IMG/VR virus record: IMGVR_UViG_3300017700_000102
Location: 1 to 25,240 of that record
Length of the DNA stretch: 25,240 nt
Strand: one strand, 5' to 3'
Source: a virus
Lineage: Duplodnaviria; Caudoviricetes
In this document: positions 15,254-22,974 of the stretch, in pieces
Layout: every line of letters begins with the position of its first letter
How positions within the stretch are numbered: the first letter of the stretch is position 1
Notes under the pieces: generated by a model
Told to the model about the DNA's origin: nothing
What the model saw: only the letters and a program-made list of their open reading frames with translations
Databases searched by the model: none
Made by a program: the position numbers and the translations under genes

Positions 15254-18200
15254 ATGACCACTTCTTACACATCGTTGCTGGGTCTTGCACTTCCAGTTAC
15301 TGGGGAATTATCAGGTACGTGGGGGGACACCGTCAACAACGGCATTACCTCTTTGGTTGACTCTGCCGTTGCGGGGACGACAACCCTCAATTCAGATGCA
15401 GACGTTACGCTCACCACGACCACGGGGGCAAGCAACACCTCCCGACAGGCGGTCATTCTCTGGACAGCTGGTGGAACCGTTACCCGCACTATCACTGCTC
15501 CTGCACAGTCCAAGACGTATCTGGTCATCAACAAAACCAGCAGTTCCCAAAGCATCAAGATTGTCGGAGTTGGCCCGACCACAGGTGTAACCATTGTTGC
15601 GGGAACCGCAGCTCTCGTAGTTTGGAATGGTGTTGATTTTGTACCAGTGTCAGTGACCGCTACTACCGGGATTCTTCCTGTAGCCAACGGCGGCACAGGC
15701 TTGGCATCAGGCACATCCGGTGGCGTTCTAGCCTACACTGCTACAGGCACATTGGCATCTTCCGCGGCATTAGCAGCCAGCGCATTGGTTATCGGCGGCG
15801 GGGCTGGCGCGGCTCCAAGCACCACAACCACAGGCACAGGTGTAGTCACCGCCCTAGGCGTCAATACAGGCACGGCAGGTGCGTTTGTGGTGAACGGCGG
15901 GGCATTGGGTAGCCCATCTAGTGTGGGAACCCTCCCTGCGCTAATCCTCTCCGGCAACGTCACCAGTACCGGCAATCCGAGTCTGAACATCGGCAGCGGG
16001 GCGCTCACGGCGGGGACATTGACGCTATCTGATGGCGCAGTCATCACCAGCACAACCGTGGGCATTGGCGGCTGGAAGATGGCGGCTGACCTCAAGGCAT
16101 CCGATTACCCGATGCTGCGGCTACAGGCTACAGGCTCAAACCTTGTCTCCTCGATTGGGAATGACAACGATGGCACGCTGAAGGTGTACGCGGGTGGAAC
16201 CGCTTCAGCGATAGGTACGCTATCAGGAATCTTTTCTACCACTGGTTTGAATCTCGGCTCCCTTGCCCTCACGGCGGGGGCGACTGGCGTTACAACGCTG
16301 ACGGCGAGTAGTACCGTAAGCCTTTCTGCTACCACTGTTACCACCAATGGTAGTGCCTCAATTCCAACGATTGGACTTGTCGGAACAACTGACACGACGC
16401 TAAGGTTCACTGCATCTAGTGGTGATGCAGATAAGCGGAAGTATGAAATACGTGCGATTGGCGCATCAGGGTTTGAAGCATTTCAAATTCGCAAAGTTAA
16501 TGATGCCAACACAGTATTCACGGAGTTGTTGAGTATCCCAAACGCAGGCGGCCTCGACGTCACCGGGGCGCTGACGGCAAGTACTTCCGCAACGGTTGGT
16601 GGAAACGCCGCAACATCTGCGCCATATATTGCTAATGCGGCTGGTGGTGCAACACAGGGCGGATATTTTGGCGTTCAATCGGTTGGCTCTTTCAAATCTG
16701 TATTTGGCGCTAGGGCAGTTATCCTTGGTAGCGGCACAGACCAGTCTGCAATGCTTCAATCTTACTCGGATGATATTTACATAACAACGGCTGCGGCTAA
16801 GAACATTTATGTTCAAAGAAACAGTGCAACAGTAGCAACCTTCACCGATTTAGGCATCAACGGCGTCCTAGGCGGCACGACGCCTGCGGCTGCGAGCGTG
16901 CTTTCTCTTGCTGTGAACAGCGGGGCAACCGCCAGCGCCACGGACATAAATTCTACAAATGCCAGCGGCACATATTTCACCGTTTCTAACTCAGGAACGC
17001 CTATCGGGTACATTGGTTCTGCAAAACAAATTGTTGATGCAACACTTGCTGCAAACGATTTTGGTATTGCTGCTAGAGCCGGGGGCGTTTTATATCTTGG
17101 TGACTTAGGTACAAAGACAGTAGCTATTTCAGATGGTAGTGTCGCCGTCACCGGGGCGCTGAGTGCGACCACCACGTTGGGCGTGACGGGAACCGCTACT
17201 TTTGGGACTTCCCAAAATTCTTCTTCTTATGTAAACATTACAAATACAAATGCAGGGGCTTCGGCAGACGCAAGGCTTGATTTAACAACGCATGCAACCT
17301 TATCCGCTCTTACAATTGTGGGGTATGGAAGTGGCACTTCAGGAACACTTTTTGGAGCGTCCATAGCAAAGTTAAAGGCAATCTACGACAATTCAACAGC
17401 CGCTCAGTCCTCCGGCATGGCTATTGGAACCACTGCTGCCTTACCCTTAATTTTAGGCACCAATAACGCAGCAAGACTAACTATAGATTCCGCTGGCGCA
17501 GTAACCATTGGCGGGACGCTGAGTGCGACGGGTGATGTTTCACTTGGCAGTGATGTACTAATAGGTGGCAACGAACTGCATTTTGAGGATCAAACAAACG
17601 GGACTGCCACGGGATACATTAACTATTACGGCTACCAGAACAGTACGTCCCAGTTTCGCAGTACGGTAATCGGAAACGGAAAAGGGGCGGCTGTTGCGAC
17701 CTTTGACTACGCGGGCAACCTCGGACTTGGGGTGACACCTAGTGCTTGGCAAGCAAACAATCGGGCATTACAGATATATGAAGGTTGGGCAAGTATCTCA
17801 GGCAACAATTCGCAAGGTTGTTGCGATGTGTCAGCTAATTGTTTTAACGCGGGGTCTGCTGCTATCAGTGGTTGGAAATACACCAATTCCAGTGCTTTGG
17901 CATCGCTATACCAACAGTCAGCAGGCGTTCACAAATGGCTAACGGCCCCCTCCGGCACCGCAGGCAACACCATCACCTTCACGGAGGCCATGACGCTGGA
18001 CGCGAGCGGGAATCTGCTGGTAGGAACTACAACAGCAAGTGTTAGTAATACTAATGGTTTAACAGTTGTAAATCCAACTGGCGCAACAGCAATCTCTATT
18101 GGTCATTTAACAGGTACAGCAAATACAGCAGGTTTTGCATTTTTTAATTACAACGGCACAGCTATCGGGTCAATTACCCAATCTGGCACAACAGCCGTTC

Positions 18201-18511
18201 TTTACAACACTACGTCAGACTACCGCCTTAAAACCGTCATCGGCCCCGTGGCTGATGCAGGCCAGCGCATTGATGCCCTCCAGCCGGTTGAGTACGCATG
18301 GAACAGCAACGGCACGCGCACTCGCGGCTTCTTGGCTCACGAATTTCAAACAGTTTATCCAAACAGTGTGAGTGGTGAAAAAGACGCGGAAGATGAAGAC
18401 GGCAATCCCGTATACCAAGCAATGCAAGCAAGCACCTCAGAAGTTATTGCTGACCTTGTTGCAGAACTACAGTCCCTCCGCAGCCGGGTTGCGCTGCTCG
18501 AAGCTAAATAA
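15254..18511 (+). CDS. Tail fibre with C-terminal intramolecular chaperone (Peptidase S74-type) domain
   Basis: 1085 aa, Gly/Thr/Ala/Ser-rich. N-terminal GELSGTWG.TVN anchor, LPVANGGTG repeat motif, fibre motifs (ARLTIDSAGAVTIG, AMTLDASGNLLVGTT), then TSDYRLK...LQPVEYAW...GFLAHEFQTVYP and a terminal coiled coil. Confidence 0.92.
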   Translation: MTTSYTSLLGLALPVTGELSGTWGDTVNNGITSLVDSAVAGTTTLNSDADVTLTTTTGASNTSRQAVILWTAGGTVTRTITAPAQSKTYLVINKTSSSQSIKIVGVGPTTGVTIVAGTAALVVWNGVDFVPVSVTATTGILPVANGGTGLASGTSGGVLAYTATGTLASSAALAASALVIGGGAGAAPSTTTTGTGVVTALGVNTGTAGAFVVNGGALGSPSSVGTLPALILSGNVTSTGNPSLNIGSGALTAGTLTLSDGAVITSTTVGIGGWKMAADLKASDYPMLRLQATGSNLVSSIGNDNDGTLKVYAGGTASAIGTLSGIFSTTGLNLGSLALTAGATGVTTLTASSTVSLSATTVTTNGSASIPTIGLVGTTDTTLRFTASSGDADKRKYEIRAIGASGFEAFQIRKVNDANTVFTELLSIPNAGGLDVTGALTASTSATVGGNAATSAPYIANAAGGATQGGYFGVQSVGSFKSVFGARAVILGSGTDQSAMLQSYSDDIYITTAAAKNIYVQRNSATVATFTDLGINGVLGGTTPAAASVLSLAVNSGATASATDINSTNASGTYFTVSNSGTPIGYIGSAKQIVDATLAANDFGIAARAGGVLYLGDLGTKTVAISDGSVAVTGALSATTTLGVTGTATFGTSQNSSSYVNITNTNAGASADARLDLTTHATLSALTIVGYGSGTSGTLFGASIAKLKAIYDNSTAAQSSGMAIGTTAALPLILGTNNAARLTIDSAGAVTIGGTLSATGDVSLGSDVLIGGNELHFEDQTNGTATGYINYYGYQNSTSQFRSTVIGNGKGAAVATFDYAGNLGLGVTPSAWQANNRALQIYEGWASISGNNSQGCCDVSANCFNAGSAAISGWKYTNSSALASLYQQSAGVHKWLTAPSGTAGNTITFTEAMTLDASGNLLVGTTTASVSNTNGLTVVNPTGATAISIGHLTGTANTAGFAFFNYNGTAIGSITQSGTTAVLYNTTSDYRLKTVIGPVADAGQRIDALQPVEYAWNSNGTRTRGFLAHEFQTVYPNSVSGEKDAEDEDGNPVYQAMQASTSEVIADLVAELQSLRSRVALLEAK

Positions 18512-18519
18512 GGAAAATC

Positions 18520-18675
18520 ATGTTGAAGCTTGAACTTGAAATTGTAGAAGTAAATGCAATCCTGAACGCTCTGGGTAACATGCCTTTTATCCAAGTGCAG
18601 GCGTTGATTGCAAAGATTCAAGGACAGGCTGCTCCGCAGGTTCAGCCAATACCTGAAATCCCTGAAGCGGAGTAA
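18520..18675 (+). CDS. Small hypothetical protein (51 aa, not in ORF track)
   Basis: AAGGA RBS. MLKLELEIVEVNAILNALGNMPFIQVQALIAKIQGQAAPQVQPIPEIPEAE, amphipathic helices, directly after the fibre gene (possible fibre assembly factor). Confidence 0.75.
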   Translation: MLKLELEIVEVNAILNALGNMPFIQVQALIAKIQGQAAPQVQPIPEIPEAE

Positions 18676-18678
18676 GTG

Positions 18679-18846
18679 ATGGCAGACCTACAAGAACTGG
18701 ACAAGCACTTCTCCATCCACGAACAGGTTTGTGCTGAACGGTGGACGGAAACTATCAATAGAATTAAAAGGCTTGAGTCAGTTCTTTTAGGTTCTGCCGG
18801 TGCCATCATCATGTTGCTTCTTGCAATCGTGTTGAAAGTTGGGTAA
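18679..18846 (+). CDS. Small coiled-coil plus C-terminal TM protein (55 aa, not in ORF track), lysis-module membrane protein
   Basis: MADLQELDKHFSIHEQVCAERWTETINRIKRLESVLLGSAGAIIMLLLAIVLKVG: HExxCAER motif followed by one hydrophobic helix. Confidence 0.75.
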   Translation: MADLQELDKHFSIHEQVCAERWTETINRIKRLESVLLGSAGAIIMLLLAIVLKVG

Positions 18847-18856
18847 AGGATAAAAA

Positions 18857-19378
18857 ATGAAACGCTTACTTTTTCTGGTTTTGTTTTGTGCCAACGCAAC
18901 CGCTGCCCCTATCATGATCTGCAATGGGGAATACGCTTTGTGTGCGGCTAGTGGCTCGACCCCTACGGGTAAAAAGATTACGGTCAATGGCAAAGTGTTT
19001 GCCGAAGGCATGGCAGTCTGCCCCGTCCTGACGGGTAGAAGCGTGGCTAACCCTGCTCTGATGAATAACAGTTGCGATGCTCCCGCTGGAAAAGTATGGA
19101 GTCTTTTCAGCACCGTTACAGAAGCCCCACAAGCACCGAGTTGGGCGGTGGCTCCGTTGGTACAGCGTACTTTTATCCTAGGCAAAGATTCGGGGATGTC
19201 GAACCAGTGGGGGTACATTTGCGACAAGCAAGCCAAGAAAACCAACGGCGTGCAGCTTGCCTCATGCTACGGCCCCATCAACGAATCCCCTTTCACTGGG
19301 GGGCACATCAAGCCGGGTGCAAAAATTATCACCGACGCTCCAGCCGGAGTGTTGAATCCAGTAGGCGGTAATTTCTAG
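18857..19378 (+). CDS. Putative secreted Cys-rich protein (173 aa)
   Basis: AAGGA RBS. Sec-type signal MKRLLFLVLFCANATA|AP. Six Cys in the predicted mature part. Confidence 0.75.
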   Translation: MKRLLFLVLFCANATAAPIMICNGEYALCAASGSTPTGKKITVNGKVFAEGMAVCPVLTGRSVANPALMNNSCDAPAGKVWSLFSTVTEAPQAPSWAVAPLVQRTFILGKDSGMSNQWGYICDKQAKKTNGVQLASCYGPINESPFTGGHIKPGAKIITDAPAGVLNPVGGNF

Positions 19379-19387
19379 GAGAATATT

Positions 19388-19558
19388 ATGGGCTGGCTCA
19401 GAAAGCGCTTTGGTGAGGCATCAACTTGGGCAGGGCTTGGTGTGGTAGCAATGGTCCTGATCCCGCTGATTCCTCCCCCCTATCAACTGTTAGCACAGGG
19501 TATTGCTGCGGCTCTAGGTTTGGGTGGGGCAGTTAAAGCTGACCCGAATAACCATTGA
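19388..19558 (+). CDS. Probable holin (56 aa, two hydrophobic segments, not in ORF track)
   Basis: AGGAG RBS. MGWLRKRFGEASTWAGLGVVAMVLIPLIPPPYQLLAQGIAAALGLGGAVKADPNNH. Its stop overlaps the endolysin start (TTGA). Confidence 0.7.
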   Translation: MGWLRKRFGEASTWAGLGVVAMVLIPLIPPPYQLLAQGIAAALGLGGAVKADPNNH

Positions 19559-19983
19559 ATTTAAGTAAGCACTTTACCCTTGCAGAACTAACCGTCACAG
19601 ATCATAGATCGTTTGACAACACTCCCAATGCGGGGGAGATTCAAAATCTGAGGCGGTTGGCTGTTTTTCTTGAATTGGTGAAAACCCAGTTGGGGGGCAA
19701 ACCTGTGATGGTGAACTCTGCTTTTCGCAGCAAAGCGGTAAATGATGCCGTAGGAAGCTCTGACAGGAGCCAGCATCGACTTGGTTGTGCGGCTGACATA
19801 CGAGTACCCGGTATGACCCCGGATGAAGTTGTGAGGTCTGTAATGACGGCAGGACTGCCATACGATCAGATCATCCGGGAGTTTGATGCTTGGACGCACA
19901 TCAGCATTCCTAACTTTTCTGAGTTGCCGCCGCGTAAAATGGCGTTGATTATTGACAAAGCCGGAACCAGAACTTTTGCGTAG
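19555..19983 (+). CDS. Endolysin, peptidase M15 (M15A-like) Zn-peptidase
   Basis: LSKHFTLAEL, NSAFRS..VN.AVG, SQHRLGCAADI (SxHxxGxAxD) and WTHIS Zn-ligand motifs. Confidence 0.92.
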   Translation: MNLSKHFTLAELTVTDHRSFDNTPNAGEIQNLRRLAVFLELVKTQLGGKPVMVNSAFRSKAVNDAVGSSDRSQHRLGCAADIRVPGMTPDEVVRSVMTAGLPYDQIIREFDAWTHISIPNFSELPPRKMALIIDKAGTRTFA

Positions 19984-19989
19984 GTAACC

Positions 19990-22089
19990 ATGCCGCTTAA
20001 AAAAATACTCCTTAAGCCCGGAGTAAATCGGGAGAACACAAGGTATACCAGCGAAGGGGGTTGGTACGATTGTGACAAAATCCGTTTCAGGCAAGGTACG
20101 CCGGAAAAGATTGGGGGGTGGGTGCGCATATCCGCTAGTACCTTTCTAGGGGTGTGTCGTTCGCTGTGGAACTGGGTTACTAATGGTGCACTCAATTTAA
20201 TTGGGGTAGGTACCAACCTCAAGTTCTATCTTGAGCAAGGGGGGATGTATAACGACATTACCCCCGTTAGAAGTGTCCTGACTCTTACTAACCCTTTTGC
20301 CACAACTAGTGGCTCCCCCACAGTGGTAGTGACGGATGCAGCCGGGGGGTATGGCACTGGGGACTACGTTACGTACTATGGGGCTAGTGCCGTTGGTGGG
20401 TTGACTATTTCTGGTGAGTATCAGCTAACAGTTGTAAGTGCTACCACATATAATATTACTGCGTCTGGGAATGCTAGCGCTACCACATCAGGTGGGGGGA
20501 CCGTTCAAGCCATATACCAGCTCAACGTGGGTCCGGAGGTTGCGGTCCCGTTAAACGGGTGGGGCGCGGGGACCTATAGTGGTGGGGTGTGGGGGATCGG
20601 ACAAGCGTCTACGGATGCGCTTCGGTTGTGGAGCCAGTCCAACTTCGGGGAAGACCTAGTATTTGGACCCAGAGGGGGAGGTATTTATTATTGGAACGCT
20701 TCTGTTGGGACAACTGGGCCAACGGTCACGATAACGATTGCAACCCCAGCGGTGTGCACTTGCACCCAGAACCTCATTGACGGGGATGTTGTGCGGTTCA
20801 CTACTACAGGTGCACTGCCTACAGGGCTGACTGTTGGGACTCTGTACTATGTGCGCAACGCGAGTGGGTCCACGTTTAACGTGTCCGCTACGGAGTCCGG
20901 GGCGATTATAAACACTTCGGGGTCGCAGTCTGGTGTGCATACGATATCCCCCAGAGCAGAGCTGTTATCCAGCTACGCAGGGGGTTCCGGGGTTCCTACA
21001 ATACAGAACTGTATCTTTGTATCTGATATTGACCGGTTTGTGTTTGCGCTTGGAGCAAATGAGTTAGGCACTGCAACCCAAGACCCGATGCTGGTTCGGT
21101 GGTCTGCGCAAGAAGATGCCACTAACTGGACCCCCGCGGCAACCAACCAAGCGGGGTTTCTACGGTTGTCGCACGGTTCTGAAATCATTACAGCCAACCA
21201 GTCTAGGCAGGAACTGCTGGTTTGGACAGATTCTTCTCTTTACTCTTTCCAGTACCTCGGGCCTGCTTCAGGTGTGTGGGGGGCGCAGCTTGTTGGGGAC
21301 AGTCTGTCTATTGCAGGACAGAACGCGGTTGCTTATTCCAGCGGAGTGTCTTTCTGGATGGGTAAGGATAAGTTCTACAAATATGATGGTCGAGTGCAAC
21401 CGCTGCGCTGTGATCTTAGGAAGTATGTATTTCAAGATATAAATACAAGCCAATACGCACAGGTTGTGGCGGGCACAAACGAAGGGTTCAATGAAGTCTG
21501 GTGGTTCTATTGTTCTGCGGATGTCACTACTATCGACCGGTACGTGGTGTATAACTATCTGGAAGACGTGTGGTATTACGGGGATATGGGTCGCACTGCG
21601 TGGCTCGACTCTGGCTTAAGGGATCACCCAATTGCCGCAACTTATAGCAGCAACATCGTCAACCATGAGCAGGGGGTGGACGACAATGTTACTGGTACCC
21701 CCGCAGCACTGTCTGCGTATATAACCTCTGCGCAATTTGACTTGGAGGACGGGCACTCCTTTGCCTTCATTTGGCGGGTCATACCAGACATTACCTTTGC
21801 TGGCTCTACTGCAAACAGCCCCGCCGCAACGATGTACTTGCTGCCCCTGCGCAACTCCGGATCGGGGTACTTGGTGAATAGTGCTACGGATGACAATCAC
21901 TCGGTTGCCAATAGCAGCTCTGCGGCTATAACCAGAACTGCAGTACTCCCCGTAGAGCAGTTCACCGGGCAGATATACACCCGTGTGCGGGGTAGGCAGC
22001 TGTCTATAAAAGTGGAGTCCACAGCGTTGGGGGTTACTTGGCAGCTTGGTTCTCCGCGTCTTGATTTGCGTCCTGATGGCAGGCGTTGA
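19990..22089 (+). CDS. Tail tubular protein B / packaged-DNA stabilisation (nozzle)-like protein
   Basis: 699 aa, beta-rich. KPGVNRE.T.Y, KIRFRQGTPEKIGGW, VRWSAQED, FWMG, FNEVWWFY, DRYVVYNY, RTAWLD, RVRGRQ, WQLGSPRLDLRPDGRR. Position typical for podophages. Confidence 0.8.
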   Translation: MPLKKILLKPGVNRENTRYTSEGGWYDCDKIRFRQGTPEKIGGWVRISASTFLGVCRSLWNWVTNGALNLIGVGTNLKFYLEQGGMYNDITPVRSVLTLTNPFATTSGSPTVVVTDAAGGYGTGDYVTYYGASAVGGLTISGEYQLTVVSATTYNITASGNASATTSGGGTVQAIYQLNVGPEVAVPLNGWGAGTYSGGVWGIGQASTDALRLWSQSNFGEDLVFGPRGGGIYYWNASVGTTGPTVTITIATPAVCTCTQNLIDGDVVRFTTTGALPTGLTVGTLYYVRNASGSTFNVSATESGAIINTSGSQSGVHTISPRAELLSSYAGGSGVPTIQNCIFVSDIDRFVFALGANELGTATQDPMLVRWSAQEDATNWTPAATNQAGFLRLSHGSEIITANQSRQELLVWTDSSLYSFQYLGPASGVWGAQLVGDSLSIAGQNAVAYSSGVSFWMGKDKFYKYDGRVQPLRCDLRKYVFQDINTSQYAQVVAGTNEGFNEVWWFYCSADVTTIDRYVVYNYLEDVWYYGDMGRTAWLDSGLRDHPIAATYSSNIVNHEQGVDDNVTGTPAALSAYITSAQFDLEDGHSFAFIWRVIPDITFAGSTANSPAATMYLLPLRNSGSGYLVNSATDDNHSVANSSSAAITRTAVLPVEQFTGQIYTRVRGRQLSIKVESTALGVTWQLGSPRLDLRPDGRR

Positions 22090-22092
22090 CCC

Positions 22093-22965
22093 GTGACAAT
22101 TACACTGCAAAGTGTTGTCCCACCCGCCCTGCCGCAAGCGTCGGCGGAATATGCTCGTCCGTATCAGGACCAGCTAAACAACATTCAGAGACTGTTTTAC
22201 ACGCGGCTCACCTCTACCCTGAACCAGCTTATTTCGGCTACACCGGGTGGGGCGGGATTGTATTTCCCGTTTGGCTCGTTCCAAGACAGCACCGTCCAGA
22301 CCGCCCCCGCCAACACAGCCCAAGTGATGCGGTTTGACACCACTGACCTTAGTAACACGGTGAGTCTTGGCTCCCATACGGCGGTGTTCACAGGGACGAT
22401 TGACGACGGCACACCTCCGGGCGCGGGAACAGTTTTAACAGTCACTGCTGTCACTTCTGGTGTTATTTACCTAGGCATGACCCTGACTGGCGGGGCGATT
22501 ACGGCGGGAACTAAGGTTGTTTCCCAGACCTCTGGCGCGGCTGGCGGGGTTGGGGCGTACGTTGTCAGCGCGTCGCAAGAAAGAACCAGCCTGACAATTA
22601 CCGGAACGGTGCAGTCCAAAATAGTGGTAGCTACCACTGGTATCTATAACCTGCAATGGTCTGGGCAGTTTATTAACGAAGATGCTGCCATACATGAACT
22701 AAGCGTTTGGCTAAGGAAGAACGGAACAGACGTAGTGGGGTCTACCGGGGAGATATCTATAAATGCCAAACACGGTGGTTTTGACGGCGGATTTATTGCA
22801 TCTTGGAACTATCTTGTATCGCTAACTGCCGGGGAATATGTCGAACTGTGGTGGTCAACGCCGGATGTGGATGCCTACCTGACTTCCTACGCCGCCGGAA
22901 CCAGCCCAACCCGCCCAACAACGGCTTCTGTCATAGCCACAATGACCTTCGTCAGTAACACATAG
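22093..22965 (+). CDS. Tail-associated protein (290 aa): N-terminal helix plus C-terminal jelly-roll-like domain
   Basis: PALPQASAEY...LNNIQRLFY helix, then FGSFQDST.Q, TGIYNLQWSGQF, VWLRKNG.DV, SWNYLVSL.AGEYVELWW, suggestive of a C1q/TNF-like fold (inference). Confidence 0.7.
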   Translation: MTITLQSVVPPALPQASAEYARPYQDQLNNIQRLFYTRLTSTLNQLISATPGGAGLYFPFGSFQDSTVQTAPANTAQVMRFDTTDLSNTVSLGSHTAVFTGTIDDGTPPGAGTVLTVTAVTSGVIYLGMTLTGGAITAGTKVVSQTSGAAGGVGAYVVSASQERTSLTITGTVQSKIVVATTGIYNLQWSGQFINEDAAIHELSVWLRKNGTDVVGSTGEISINAKHGGFDGGFIASWNYLVSLTAGEYVELWWSTPDVDAYLTSYAAGTSPTRPTTASVIATMTFVSNT

Positions 22966-22974
22966 GGCAAGAAT

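Noticed and set aside
2121-16647. E. coli Chi octamer GCTGGTGG seen at 2121, 2559, 14466, 15467 and 16640 on the + strand
   Set aside because: Each copy is explained by common codon runs (Glu-Leu-Val-Glu, Ala-Gly-Gly). The host is unknown, and enrichment cannot be claimed without a codon-aware null model.
15254-18511. Diversity-generating retroelement or invertible cassette acting on the tail fibre
   Set aside because: No reverse transcriptase or invertase and no ~100-bp template/variable repeat pair were seen. The fibre ends in an S74 chaperone domain.
18857-18892. Lipoprotein (o-spanin) signal at Cys11 of the 173-aa protein
   Set aside because: VLFC does not fit the lipobox [LVI][ASTVI][GAS]C. 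An A-x-A signal peptidase I site follows, and the protein lacks the short Pro-rich character of o-spanins.
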